Positions 40,151-53,110 of a stretch of 64,000 bases of DNA are shown here, piece after piece. The position numbers and the translations under genes are program-made. This stretch comes from Octopus sinensis (taxonomy: Eukaryota), in the NCBI RefSeq assembly GCF_006345805.1, contig NC_043009.1:8618001-8682000 (forward strand). The letters run 5' to 3'. Below the pieces are notes generated by a model. That model did not search any database. It worked only from the letters and a program-made list of their open reading frames with translations, and had not been told where the DNA came from. Positions within the stretch are counted from its first letter, which is position 1. Every line of letters begins with the position of its first letter.

Positions 40151-40444
40151 TTACTCCAGAAAACCCATATGTGCTTATTGGAAATACTCTGGAGCTAAAT
40201 TGTACCATTTCTGGCCTGGGTCTGGGCAAAGTGTCACAGATGTATTTCACTCACAACACCACCACAGTGGTCCCCAAAGAATTCACTCGTGCCCTTGATA
40301 TCAGCACACTTCAGCTAAACATGACCATTTCTTCACCCAGAGATGCTGGCAAATACACATGTCTTATGTCAGCCAAGCCACCAATTTTCACAACTCATAT
40401 ATCACCTCCTCATGTCATTGGATCACAATTTGTGGAAGTGGAGT
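40151..40444 (+). CDS. Coding exon for the N-terminal Ig-like domain of the cytokine receptor
   Basis: Polypyrimidine tract and ttttcag acceptor at 40150; donor T|GTAAGT at 40444/40445. The exon is 294 nt, phase 1-1. Translates (V)TPENPYVLIGNTLELNCTISG...RDAGKYTCLMS...IGSQFVEVE, with both Ig cysteines and the D-x-G-x-Y-x-C motif. The P-x-x-P-x-V-x-x-G-x-x-L-x-L-x-C start resembles D1 of gp130/domeless-type receptors. Confidence 0.92.
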
Positions 40445-40689
40445 GTAAGTTTTTACTTCAACTTATCTAATTCTTTACCTTCTTTTCTACCTACACACCT
40501 GCATATCTCCTCACCTATGTACATAATTATCTGCCCTTCTTACCCAACCACTTTATAACATATGCCACATATGCTTATCTGCATCTACCATCTCTTTGTA
40601 ATCACTTCACGCCTACACCAACACATGATCGATTACACCTACTGTAACCCCCCCCCCCCCCATGTGGCCTACATTAATAACGTATCTTT

Positions 40690-41120
40690 TATGTTTTACT
40701 CATGTTACAGTCAATGGGCTGCAGCCATGCTGGGGCTCCACCTTGAATTAACCCCAGCACTTATTATATTTTTGTAAAGCCTGGTACTTATTTTATTAGC
40801 CTCTTTTGCTGAACCACTAAGCTATGGGGACATAAACACACCAACACCAGTTGTCATGTGGTGATGAGAGCACAAAGACATACACATAGATACATACATA
40901 TATATAGAGAGTGATATGTATGTCTCTCTCTATACACACTCGCAAACACACACACACACGATGGTCTTCTTTCAGTTTCTGTCTACCAAATTCACTTACA
41001 AGGCTTTGATTGGTCTGAAGCTATAGTAGAAGACACTTGCCCAAGGTGCCATGCAGTAGGACTGAACCCAGAACCATGTGGTTGGGAAACAAACTCCTTA
41101 CCACACCACCACACCTGTGT
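40690..41120 (-). mobile_element. SINE family A copy, about 250 bp downstream of the Ig exon
   Basis: Reverse complement of the family A head, body and tail. Confidence 0.8.
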
Positions 41121-43554
41121 CCCACCTTCATGAGGCTTACATTAATAATGTTCTATGTCTATTTCTACCCATCATCTGTCCCTGATAACATGTAATCCTA
41201 CCACAACACATGACCTACCGTCTCCTTTGCAGCCACATCCAGTTCACACCAATACATTGACAGTCTACTCTTAACCCTCTCTCCCATGTAGCCACACATC
41301 CACACGAACATTTGGCTATCTGCATCTACCATCCCAACCTCCACAGTCCACACCAGCTGCACATCATGATTGTCGACTCCTACCATGCCACTCCACTCCA
41401 AATACAAATATAAAATAGTTAATGCTCTTTCAGAAGGCAAAACGCTTTGCAGCATGTAGTTGCATATCTTTGTGGTGCCCGGTGTCCAAATCTTATTTTG
41501 GCCAACTTTACCAATCACCTGTCAAAGAATCAGTAATATAATATCTCAATCAAATGCTGGGGGTTGATACAATCAACAACACCCCCCCTTCTGCAAAATT
41601 CCTCGCCTTGTTCTTGTGTTACAAATCAATATCTGGTCTTGGAGATCTTGCAGATTAAATAACACAAAATTACAACATATGCAGAGAGGCTGTTACTGCA
41701 AACCCAGCCAACCCATGCCTACGTGGAAAAATTAAATAAATACAAATGTTAGAATACTGATGATGATTGCCTTGTGATTAGTACAGCACACAAGCTTTTT
41801 TCTTTTTTTTAATCACCCAACATGCTCTATCAATATTGGGCATTAGCATCTGCTATAGATTTTAATCAAGAATAAATATAGCCATTATTTTCCAATTACA
41901 ACTGCAAAATTAATCAATAATGTACTTTATACTTGTCTATGCTGAAAGAAGAAAGCACTGGAATTAAATAAAACAAGAAGAATTTATTTAATAAGAATTT
42001 AAACAATCAAAAACTAACTTTTAATTTCAAATTTGTAGTTTTAACTGTTTTTCTCATATATTCTACTCCATCCTTGCCTACATAGAAAAACAAATGTCAA
42101 ATGGTGGATAAGGATAATGACGATAATGATTGTGATGGTGATTGTGGTGGTGGTGGTGGTGGTGGCGGCGGCTGCTGCTGCTGCTGCTTCTAGCTTGTCT
42201 ATTTCGTTCTTCAAAATTACAAAATAAAATGCGGATGTGTCACTAGTTATTGTACTGTTTAACTTATCTAATTCACTCCACTAAGCTTCATGTAGGTACT
42301 ACAAAAAAAGGGGATTGAGCTATAGAAAGCAGAAGGAGGGTAGTCGAGTGTCATCTTTCTAAGAATAATTCAGATTCATTTGCAGGAATTTTAGTGTTGG
42401 CTTCGATCTGATAGTAAGTAGTCTGCAGGCATATCCATGTGGTGAAAAAGTTCAGTTCATTGCCACATGGTTCTGGGTTCAATCCTACTACATGGTACCT
42501 TGGGTGAGTGTCTTCCATTGTAACCTTGGGTTAGCCAGTGTCCCGTGGGTGGAATTTGGTAAATGAAAACTAGGTGGAAGCCCATTTGCGTGTGTGGTGT
42601 GTGTCTGTGTTGTCATCAGTTTAAAGTCCACTTTTCCACGCTTGCATAGGTTGGATGGAGTTTATTAAGGCAAAGTTTTTATGGTTAGATGACCCTTCTT
42701 GTCAATCCTTTATTTAAAAACTTATTTCACAGATACTTTTTTTCAAAATTCCTATTTTGTTATTCCCGCATTCACCTGTACAGGTTGCACTTAGTGAAAC
42801 GGTAGTGAAAGAAACCTAGCTGCTTCTTGCAATACGTACAATTAAATCAGAACTTTTCATGGACCCTTAAAATATTACTGTGGATCCCCAGTTTACTATA
42901 TTATTAGCTTGAACCCCACAAAATCTGATATAGACCCCAGTTGAGAACCACTGCTGTAGATAAACTGTGTCTGAAAACTAAAGCAGAAAGAGAAGATGAA
43001 ATGCAATGTCTAATCGTAGATCAGAACTGACCAAGTGTTCTCATCATCATTATTTAGCCTTAAGTCAGTTCTTGAGAAATTACAGTCATGACCAGTACAT
43101 CTTTTTATATATCCAAGGTTTCAATGCCTAGTGTGTCCTTAATTTCTTTAAAAATAAGTTAGGATTTGAGGGAGATTTAGCTGTTGTTACTTGCTAATTG
43201 AGCAATTACATGAAAGTTCCTTTGTTGGCTCATTGTTGCAACTGTAAAAACCACACTTTTACTGGATTTTGTAATTCAGCTATGGTCATGCTGAGACAGA
43301 TGTAGGTATGTAGTTATGCATACTAGAGTTATAGATGGCTGCTATTTCTAGCAGATTAAACTACCATATACCAATCCTCCCATTGGTTCATTCTGTTGTT
43401 GGTAGTACATCTTAGGAGCTGACATACCTTAGATACAAAGTAGTCAACAATGCATATGCAACTTAATGGGCTAAAACCTTGCAATAAATATATACATCCA
43501 TGCGTGTGAGTGTGAAGAATGAAAAAGTGTTTAGTGAGTAAAATATTTATATAC

Positions 43555-43955
43555 TAGGCACAGGAGTGGCTGTGTGGCAAGTAGCTTGCTTAACAACCAC
43601 ATGGTTCCGGGTTCAGTCCCACTGCGTGGCACCTTGGGCGAGTGTCTTCTACTATAGCCTCTGGCTGAACAAAGCCTTGTGAGTGGATTTGGTAGACGGA
43701 AACTGAAAGAAGCCCGTCGTGTATATGTATATGCGTGTATTTGTGTGTCTGTGTTTGTCCCCCCCCCCCAAACATCACTTGACAACTGATGCTGGTGTGT
43801 TTGTATCCCCTGTAACTTAGCGGTTTGGCAAAAGAGACCGATAGAATAAGTACTAGGCTTACAAAGAATAAGTCCTGGGGTCGATTTGTTCGACTAAAGG
43901 CGGTGCTCCAGCATGGCCACAGTCAAATGACTGAAACAAGTAAAAGAGAGTAAAA
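43555..43955 (+). mobile_element. tRNA-derived SINE family A, representative full-length copy
   Basis: A box TGGCTGTGTGG, B box GGTTCAGTCCC, an internal TA/TG microsatellite and a (gagtaaaa)-type tail. Other copies lie near 16172-16586(+), 19160-19580(-), 21712-22130(-), 26690-27065(+), 33695-34058(-), 40690-41120(-), 44160-44525(+), 46993-47485(-), 52394-52788(-), 54650-55032(-), 56070-56890(-, interrupted) and 58290-58655(+). Confidence 0.9.
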
Positions 43956-44559
43956 GAAAAAGAGATACTATTTCATGGCTAGAAGCAGGCATGACTGTGT
44001 GGTTCAGCTTACTTTACAATACTGTGGTTTCAGGTTCAATTCCACTGCACAGCACTATGGGCATGTGTCTTCTGTTACAGCCCCCGACCAACCAATAATG
44101 CCTGAGTGAGTGAATTTGGTAAACAGAAATTGTGTGGAAGCCCATCATGCTCTTTGGTAAGAATCTTGCTTCCCAGCCACATGGTTCTAGGTTCAGTCCT
44201 ACATTGTGGCACCCTGGCCAAGTGTCTTCTGCTGTAGCTTCTGGCCAACCAAAGCTCTGTGAGTGGATTTGGTAGATGGAAACTGAAAGAAGCCCATCAT
44301 ATGTGTGTGTGTGCTTTTGTGTCTGTGTTTATTCCCCACCATCACTTGACAACCAGTGTTGGTGTGTTTATGTCCCCATTTAGCAGTTTGGTAAAAGAGA
44401 CCGATAGAGTAAGTACCAGGCTTTACATAAACATAAGTACTGAGGTCAATAAGTGTGGCTACAATTCTTCAAGGTGGTGCCCCAACATGGCCACAGTCTA
44501 ATGACTGAAACGAGTAAAAGATGAAAAATATATGCAGGTGTGACTGTGTGGTAAGAAGC

Positions 44560-44604
<45 letters not shown>

Positions 44605-44627
44605 GTGGAGTATAACGATATATATAT

Positions 44628-44985
44628 GTTAGTTAGTTAGTTAGTTAATTTGGCTCAAAAGCAAATAGCAAGGCCATGTAGGGGGACATGGAGTTAAGTA
44701 CAGGGTGGTGTTCATGTAAAGAGTTCAGGCCACTTGAGGTCAAGGGAGGCTTTGAACAAAGCGGTCGTCGGCATCTTCACCATCTCGTCTGGCAGCTTGT
44801 TCCACGGATCCGCAACCCGGACGGAGAAAGCTCCTCTCCTTCGATTGAGATGAAATCGTCGCAGGTAGAGCTTTTCGGAATGACCCCGCAGCCGACGCTC
44901 TGGAGCAGGAGTGAAGAACAGCTCTTTCGAGAGGTTACACTTTCCGCTTATGATGTTGTGGGCGAGAATGAGATCACCATGTGTT
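44628..44985 (-). mobile_element. 5'-truncated CR1-group LINE 3' end with (TAAC)n tail
   Basis: GDLILAHNIISG...RLRGHSEKL...FSVRVADPWNKLPDEMV...FKASLD, then a short UTR and the (TAAC)n tail at 44628-44648. Confidence 0.85.
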
Positions 44986-45171
44986 AGTTTGTTTACATCC
45001 CCGTCACTAAGTGGTTTGGCAAAAGACTCCATTAGAAGAGGTATAAGACTTAAAAGGGATCAATATGTTTGACTAAAACACTTCAAGGCATTGCCCCCAC
45101 ATGACCGGAGTCCAGTGACTGAAACAATATCCACTACAGGTGTTTCATTCTATCTCCAGTTTGCAAACACT

Positions 45172-45214
<43 letters not shown>

Positions 45215-45339
45215 ACTCACTCACTCACTCACTCACACACACACACACACATAATATTCATATTGCATATACCGAAATCAAAATCAAAGTGAAATTCGAT
45301 GACGGGCACGAGCACCATACGACCATGATCATTGACAGA

Positions 45340-45812
45340 GAGGCTAACTGACTTCCGTGCCAGTGGCACAAAAAAGGCACCATTCGAGTGTGATCGTTAC
45401 CAGCTTTGCCTTTCTGGCACTTGTGCCCCGTGCTAGTAGGGTGCTAAGAGCACCATCTGAGCGTGATCGTTGCCAGAGCGGCTAACTGGCTTCCATACCG
45501 GTGGCATGTAGAAGGCACCATTCAAGCGGGATCGTTACCAGCATCACCTTACTGGCACCTGTGCCGTTGGCATGTGTAAAAAAAAATTTGAGTGAGGTCG
45601 TTGCCAGTACTGCCTGACTGGCCCTCGTGCCGGTGGCATGTAAAAGCACCCACTACACTCTCAGAGTGGTTAGCATTAGGAAGGGCACCCAGCTGTAGAA
45701 ACTCTGCCAGATCAAAACTGGAGCTTGGTGCAGCCATCTGGTTCGCCAGCCCACAGTCAAACCATCCAACCCATGCTAGCATGGAAAGTGGACGATAAAC
45801 GATGATGATGAT
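45340..45812 (+). mobile_element. RTE-tailed repeat (family C) with tandem internal modules
   Basis: Several gtgccggtggcacgtaaaaagcacc-like modules, followed by aggaagggcatccagctgtag...ccaacccatgctagcatggaa...(gat)n. Copies also lie at 53365-53710(+), 54200-54485(-) and 22715-23040(-). Confidence 0.75.
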
Positions 45813-47234
45813 ACCGGTCCGGGTATAGCTGTGCAATTACATGAGCTTGAAATGTGAAATGACATACCTCTGGGTCTGATCTTACTGCAAAGCACCTTGG
45901 CAAATATTTTTTTTTCTGTAGCCTCAAGTTGACCAATTGTCTTGTGAATGAAATTTAGTCAACAGGAGCAGTGTGGAAGTCCATCATTCATACATGCACA
46001 CACACACACACACATGCGCACACACACATTTTATGCCTTCAAATAAACTTAATATTTGCACCATCAGCAACACCACCACCACCATCATTCCAGTAAAATC
46101 TCAAATAGCATGTGTTTTGAGATGATAATTATATTAAACACCTCTTGCTTTTCCATGGTAACCAACCAGCGCCATCTTTAAAATGTTTTGCAAAAGCAGG
46201 CAGTGGAAATCAGGCTTATTTCAAAAAATTTTAAATGGAAAACTAATCTAGAAAATATAATTTGATTTAATGCTAATGAAGAATTTTGCTTTGCAAAATA
46301 AAAATAATTACCTTTTTAAGAAAAAAAAAAAATTATCTATTTATTTTGTGCAAAAAGCAAAATTCTAATTTTTAGAAATGCTATATACCTTTTCTAAAGC
46401 GCCCACCCACTCATACACACATACTTCTGTACCCCAATCTTATTTATGATTACAGGTCTCTGTGTGGAGTTTTCAGTGATTATTTTGAAGGGTTAACAAA
46501 GTTGTTGGCACCTAGCAGTAGCAATGTACAGGTGTAAATAAAGTATTGGAATGCTGGCAAAATATATGTTACATATGTGTGAGGTGACAAAGGTTTTAGT
46601 TAGACAGGTGCTATACGAAAAGAGCGCCAGTTATTTAATTAATCACTAAATTTGTTAGTTAGCTGAACCAGTTGTCATGTTTCTATTTATTTGGAAGTGT
46701 AGTCTTTGAGGTAAAGTTCTAGCCATTGTTCTTCTTGTTGTTTAACCCCATTCTACTGATCTATGATCAAAAACGTCCCACCCATGACCATCCAAGCATT
46801 TAATCCTTTAGGATTAAAACTGGCCATGACCAGTCCAAATATTCAAACTGGCCAGATCCACCCTCTCACGCCTACCCTACAATGTCATTCTAAGGATAGA
46901 CTGTCACATCATCAGAACCTCGTCACTATAAGATGATGAACAAATAAACTTTACATTTAACAGAGTCATTGACTGCTAAATGGTTCTGGCATTCTTTTAC
47001 TCTTTTACGTATTTCAGTCATTTGACTGCAGCCATGCTGGAGCACTGCCTTAAAGTACTTTTGCCGAACAATTCGACACCCTGAACTTATTTTTAAGCCT
47101 AGTTCTTATTCTATCTGTCTCTTTGCTGAACTGCTATGTTACAGGGATGTAAACACACCAACACTGGTTGTCAAGTGATGATCGGGGGAGACAAACACAG
47201 ACACAAAGACACACACACATAGACACATACATAC

Positions 47235-47276
<42 letters not shown>

Positions 47277-47288
47277 ATATATATATGC

Positions 47289-47331
<43 letters not shown>

Positions 47332-48609
47332 CGATGAGCTTCTTTCAGTTTCCATCTGTTAAATGGCTTTGGTCAGTCTATGGCTATAGTAGAAGACACT
47401 TACCCAATGTGCCATGCACTGAGACTGAACCCAGAACCATGTGGTTGGGAAGCAAGCTTCTTACCACACAGCCATGCCTGTGCCTATATGTCACACCTGT
47501 GCTAAGTTATATGTAGGATTATATTATTTAATGTATCCTGTCCTCTATAAGATGACAGAGTGTGATTTTTCAAGAGATTTAGCTGGGTTTTCTAGCATGT
47601 CAGGTGACCAAGTAGAGCTTTCTTGTGTTTTCCTGATGAATTGGCTCAAGTGAATCCAAATGAGTCTTCAGTGACTGTCATTAATAATAATAGTTTCTAG
47701 CAGTGGCACAAGGCAATATATTTTGAAGGAGAGTATATTTAATTAATCTGAGGCTCAGTATTTTTAACCGGCACTTCATTCAGTCACCACCATGCATATG
47801 CCTCACTCTCCCACAGGATGAAAAGCAAGCAAAGATTTAGTTGAACCTCGACTGGATTTGAAACCAGAATATAAAGAACTCAGACTAAAGCTTGCAACAA
47901 ATTTTATACATCACTGCACTGATTCTGCCAATTATTAATTAGTTTATGCCTAACGTTTTCATTTTTCATTTTAAATTGAAGAAAATTTATTCACATTTAT
48001 TTTATTTGTTAGTCTGAGAAGATGAACTTCCTAAAGCATAAATGGTTGGATTATTTGGTAGTTAATATTTAGTTTGAATTGATTGGAATCATTGATTCAG
48101 AGTTGGAGATGGGTAGGAAGAATATTTTCAGGCAGTGGTTCGTTTTTCTTTTCTTTTCTTTTTTTTTCCTATACATTTCCCTTACTGGTTCTCCATTCCA
48201 ATTTCACCCTTGTATGATTAGAAAAAGTAGTCTTATTTGCAACACAATTTGTTACATGACATTAACAACCTTATACAGGGTTAACATTAGCATCCTTAAA
48301 ATCAACATTAAGGAAAATAAATCTAGCAGAAAGTATGAATAATGGTTTAAAAAATCCTTCAACCTAAAAACAGTTACACCGCTGGAAACTCCAAATTACC
48401 TGCACTCCTTAAGTAATGTCATTGTGGTTTGAGGAAAAAAGATCAGTCACGGTGAAATAGTATTATGATATTTGGGAAGTAAGAGAGAAAGTGATGTGAA
48501 GATGTAATGAAGGGGATGCATTGCAAGTATGACTATGATGAAGAAACTTATTATATTTCGTTTTTGGATTTGGTTTGCAAGATTCTTTATATGAGTTTGT
48601 GTGTTGAAG

Positions 48610-48899
48610 CATATGCTATTGTGTCTGAGAAGAGTCATTTTCTTTTTGTGCCTTTAAATTTAACATGCACACCAGTAAAATTTCCACTTTTTTCTTATTT
48701 TTATTTTCCTAAAATTTTCGTTGCGTCTTGCAACCTTTTCAATAGTTTTGACTATTTTCAAAACCATTGAAAAGGTTGCAAGATGCAACAAAAATTTTAG
48801 GAAAATAAAAATAAGAAAAAAGTGGAAATTTTACCGGTGAGTGTGTTACATTATAAGGCACAAAAAGAAAATGACTCTCCCCAGACACAATAGAATATG
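48610..48899. repeat. 290 bp fold-back (inverted duplication)
   Basis: Arms 48610-48751 and 48758-48899 are 142 bp each, with about 13 mismatches and a 6 nt loop. The ORF track shows a near-identical peptide on both strands. Confidence 0.95.
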
Positions 48900-50716
48900 A
48901 TGAAGAAGTTTGCTTTGGTTGCATGGTTTGCATGGTGGCAGGTTCAATCCCATTATAACACCTTAGGCATTGTAACATCTGTTATTGCCATGGGTGACCA
49001 ATACCATATAAGTGGAATTGGATAGACAGAAACTATACACAAGCTTGTTGGCCTAAGACCACTTCAAAAGAGGTCTTAGGTTAACAGGTTTTGAGGGTCT
49101 GACAATACGCCATAAAGCTAAACCCTTTATGGACAGGAAACCCAGGACAGTCCCAAAAACCAGACTTCCCTATTAATACACACACACACACAGATGGATA
49201 GATAGATAGATAGAGACAGACAGATTTTTATGATTGATTCTGTGTTCATTACTCTTGACTTTCTGCATGTAACATTCAGACAACAAACATTTTGTGTGTG
49301 TGTGTGTGTGTGTGTTCATGTTTTCTGTTCACACTTACACACACACATCTACAAACCAGTGTTGTTCACAGAGGCATCTTCTACACCTTGTAACTCACCA
49401 GTTCAGCATACAGAGAATGATAAAAATAACTGCCATGCTGAAATATATCTGGGTGGTCAATATACGATCTACTAAGAATGGTGGGGAGGGCTCCCAACAT
49501 GAGCATACGTCCCAGTAAATGAAACCAATAAAAGGACCATATATAAACCCTAGATGAATGCATATTGAACTGGTCAAGGCCATCGTGTTTACTGGTGACC
49601 TTGGTTGTTTCTTAGTGCTTCAGAAATAGAAATCCTGAAATACTCACTCGAATGGTGAACCCTCTTCCTTTCCACTGGTTTACTATTAACATAGCTTTTT
49701 ATAAACTGTCTTCCACCCCCCCTCAGCTTTGTACTTTCTTAATGTATTTCTCTGTTTTATTGTATGATCGCCTCCTCTGTCCTTTCTTCTCTTCTCCTTC
49801 TCCTTCCAGCACCACTACCTATATTTACACTAGTAGCTATTAACGACTAATGTCCCTTTATTTCCACCCCACCCCGCTACAGACCCTATCTCTCTCTCTC
49901 TCCCTCCCTCCCCCCTCCTCTTTCTCTCTCTTTGTCGTTACTATAGTTACTTTAATAAAGAATTTTAGTATATTTATAGCCCTGCAAATTATTTTGACAA
50001 AAACACCTTCATTCATTCACACATTTTTTTTCTTTTCTTTTTCTTTTTCTTTTATTCAAGACCATTAAAACTTTCAACAAACAACCAATATATTTAGGTT
50101 TCCTAACAACTAAGTTTATAAAAACTAATAATAATAATAATAATAAATAAATAAATAAAAATAAATAACACTGCCTTTCCACCACTGCAATCACCACCAC
50201 CACCACCACCACCTCCTCCTCTCCCCTCAATTCTCATTATTGAAACAGATTATAGAAAGACTCATCATTTGAGATAATGGAAAGAATCATCAATTATGTA
50301 GCGTACCAAAATAACTCCTCTGTTACAAATGCACACCTGTTAATGATTCAAATGAGACCTGTAATTTAAAAAGACAAAACAAAACACAAACAAAAAAAAG
50401 AATAAATGCAAGATTAATGATTCCATATATGTTGGTCTCCTCTCAGATCTCTTCTGCGATATCATATGCTGCTTTCTCTACTAATTCAGGATAAAGTATT
50501 TATTTGGATTAGATCAGGCTTGCCAGATTGGGTTACAAGTAGAAGATTATGCTACTTTTCAAGAATGCATGCCCACCATTTTTTTTTTTTTTTTCCTAGA
50601 ATATTTGCAACTTGAAAATTCTATGTTTTAAATGTAAAAATCCTTTGAATATCATTAAACTATCAACTAAGTAAATTCCAACTAACCTATTCTTTACACA
50701 TACATATATGATGATA

Positions 50717-50895
50717 TGATGGCTGCCCCCTCGTTATCGAGTATGGCCATTGCACAAAGCTTAACTGTTATTGGTGCTGTGATGGATGTGACTTTTTAGC
50801 CCAGCTAAAGATCTACAATGTCTGGTACAGAATTGGCAGCTAAAACCTTTACCGGTAATAGCCGGCTGTAGTTGGAACTGGGCTTCATGTACCTT
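50717..50895 (-). mobile_element. Second, shorter copy of the zinc-finger LINE 3' end
   Basis: Reverse complement matches 26150-26331 (KVHEAQFQLQPAITGKGFSCQFCTRHCRSLAGLKSH plus the same UTR). Flanked by TA/TACA repeats. Confidence 0.7.
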
Positions 50896-50960
50896 ATATA
50901 CATATATACACACATATATACACACATACGTACGTACATACATACATGCATATATACATA

Positions 50961-51435
50961 TTGGGTCATCCCATAAATAATACTGTTTTTTTCAATTGTA
51001 TGAACTAAAAGTCGGGGGTATGGGATAAACTACCTGCATCAACTTGCTATAAAAGCAGGTAGTAATTTTACCTTGTCCTTATTCTTAGTGCAAGTTTTGA
51101 AGAGTGCAGTTTGATTTTAACAGTTATTTTTTAAAAGCTATAATGGAAATGACAAAGCATATTTAGCATATTTTGCTTTATGAGTTCAATAAAGGCAACA
51201 ATGCAACAGAAAGTGTGAAGAATATTAATGCAGTATATGGGGATTGGACAATTAGTATAAGCCAGTTTCAACAGTAGTTCTAGAAATTCCAAGCCAGAAT
51301 CTACAGCCTAGAAGACAAGCCTCATCCTTGAACATCTGTAGAGCTCAATGAGGACATCCTACAAACTCTGGTGAAACAAAATCCCATTGTAACTGTTGAG
51401 GAACTAGCAGAGAAGCTTGGATTTAGTCATTCAAG
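50961..51435 (+). mobile_element. Mariner 5' fragment (left TIR and HTH region)
   Basis: TA then ttgggtcatcccataaa. Decayed ORF HILLYEFNKGNNATESVKNINAVYG...SLEDKP...EDILQTLVKQNPIVTVEELAEKLG matches the mariner N-terminal HTH. Confidence 0.8.
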
Positions 51436-51491
51436 TCAGTGCTAGAAGAAAAATGACCATCTTTGGTTTCAAGACATACATGTCAGATTAA

Positions 51492-51561
51492 CTTCCCTGG
51501 TAGTTCTCTTCCCTCGTAGTTCTCTTCCCTGGTAGTCCTCTTCCCTGGTAATCCTCTTCCC
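51492..51561. repeat. 16 bp minisatellite, about 4.4 copies
   Basis: Unit cttccctggtagt(t/c)ct. Confidence 0.9.
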
Positions 51562-52261
51562 AGCTACTCAGATGATAGTGATGTAGCCTCACTCAGTTTC
51601 AAAGACGAACCTTCAATTTTTTGATCAAGCAAACTACTTACTTATTAAATTAATACACACCTGTACTGTTAAATTAATACATACCTGTACTGCTTAACGT
51701 AATTACCAGGTCAAATCAGCATGACATAGTATGGGACAAGGCTACAGGTAAAATCCATACAACATGTTTCCATACAGCTTCACTCTTAAGGCCTTGATTG
51801 ACACTTGCCTAACATGTTGAGCTGTGAGATCAAATCTGGGATGTGATGATTGTCGAATGAATTTCCTATCCATTTAGCTATTCCTGCATCTACAGATGAC
51901 CTATAGTAATGGCCAAGCAGAATGATCTACTGTTATCTTGGCTGGAAATGTACGTTTTATATTCCCTATCTAACTGAATGAAACATTTGAGTGTGACTGT
52001 TTGGATGCTGTTGATGTGGTACAGCTGAGTGAACATAGAACCTGTTTTGGCAACAGTACTTTTTGGCACTGGAGGCAACACGTACATGTGTGCACAGAGT
52101 ATAACACATACTGACAGAGAGGGGTAGCAAGAGAGAGAGAGAGGCAGTGCAATCTATTAATTGAACATAATTGACATAAACAGTTTCCCTCTCCTCATAC
52201 ACATAGAGAGTAATCTACTCACAAACAGAGATAGAGAAAGAGAAAACGAGAGAATCATCAA

Positions 52262-52864
52262 CCCTTTAGCATTTAAACATGCCATATCTGGCCCAAATAT
52301 TCTGGTTTATGATCAAACTGGCCAGATCCAGCCCCTCACACCAACCCTACAATGTCACTCCAAAAATATGCATTCATCAAAATTTTAATATTGCTCTTTT
52401 ACTCCTTTACTTGTTTCAGTCATTTGACTGCGGCCATGCTAGAGCACCGCCTTTAGTCAAGCAAATCGACCCCAGGACTTATTCTTTGTAAGCCCAGTAC
52501 TTATTCTATTGGTCGCTTTTGTCAAACCACTAAGTTATGGGGATGCAAACACACCAGCATCAGTTGTCAAGTGATGTTGGGGGACAAGCAGAGACACACA
52601 CACACACACATATATACATATATATGACAGGCTTCTTTCAGTTTCCATCTACCAAATCCACTCACAAAGCTTTGGTTGGCCCGAGGCTATAGTAGAAGAC
52701 ACTTACCCAAGGTGCCATGCAGTGGGACTGAACCCGGAACCATGTGGTTGGTAAGCAAGCTACTTACCGCACAGCCACTCCTGCGCCTATTAATGCATGA
52801 TTAATTAAAAACAATGTGAATAAATAAGCATGACATTTGACAGGGTAATCTGAATGCTAAAGAG
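52262..52864 (+). mobile_element. piggyBac-type MITE (same family) interrupted by a SINE
   Basis: tcaa-ccctttagcatttaa ... tgaatgctaaagag-ttaa, with a full minus-strand SINE at 52394-52788 inside. Confidence 0.7.
52394..52788 (-). mobile_element. SINE family A copy nested in a MITE
   Basis: Near-consensus reverse complement of family A. Confidence 0.9.
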
Positions 52865-52882
52865 TTAATTAATAAATGGTTC

Positions 52883-53110
52883 CAACAACTCACAGTCAAC
52901 TGGGTCTCCTTGGTCCGTGTTTCAAGATGGGTCAGGTAGGTTGCCAATGCTCATCACTGACTGCTCTGTGCATGCTAAGGGCAAGGTACGTTAGCCCGTC
53001 CCCATCAGTTAGTCATGCCTGCATTCAGGGAGCAACAGGCCCAGTCAAGAGAAGCGTGGGGATCCCACCACCAACTGGCCAAAGTCAGCAGTGGTGGGAC
53101 GCTGCCCTAT
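52883..53110 (-). pseudogene. Decayed 28S rRNA fragment (D2/D3 junction)
   Basis: 52906-52933 ctccttggtccgtgtttcaagatgggtc is the reverse complement of the conserved LSU sequence GACCCGTCTTGAAACACGGACCAAGGAG with one CpG-type change. The flanks resemble LSU sequence with CpG>TpG/CpA decay. The right boundary is approximate. Confidence 0.75.

Noticed and set aside
40084-40470. 128 aa ORF with an apparent hydrophobic leader (MLLLLLYTLFIEF...)
   Set aside because: The leader is read-through of the intronic polypyrimidine tract. Only 40151-40444 is bounded by splice sites.
45600-45700. Possible HDV-like ribozyme in the family C module
   Set aside because: I could not build a convincing nested double pseudoknot; P1.1 and J4/2 are missing.
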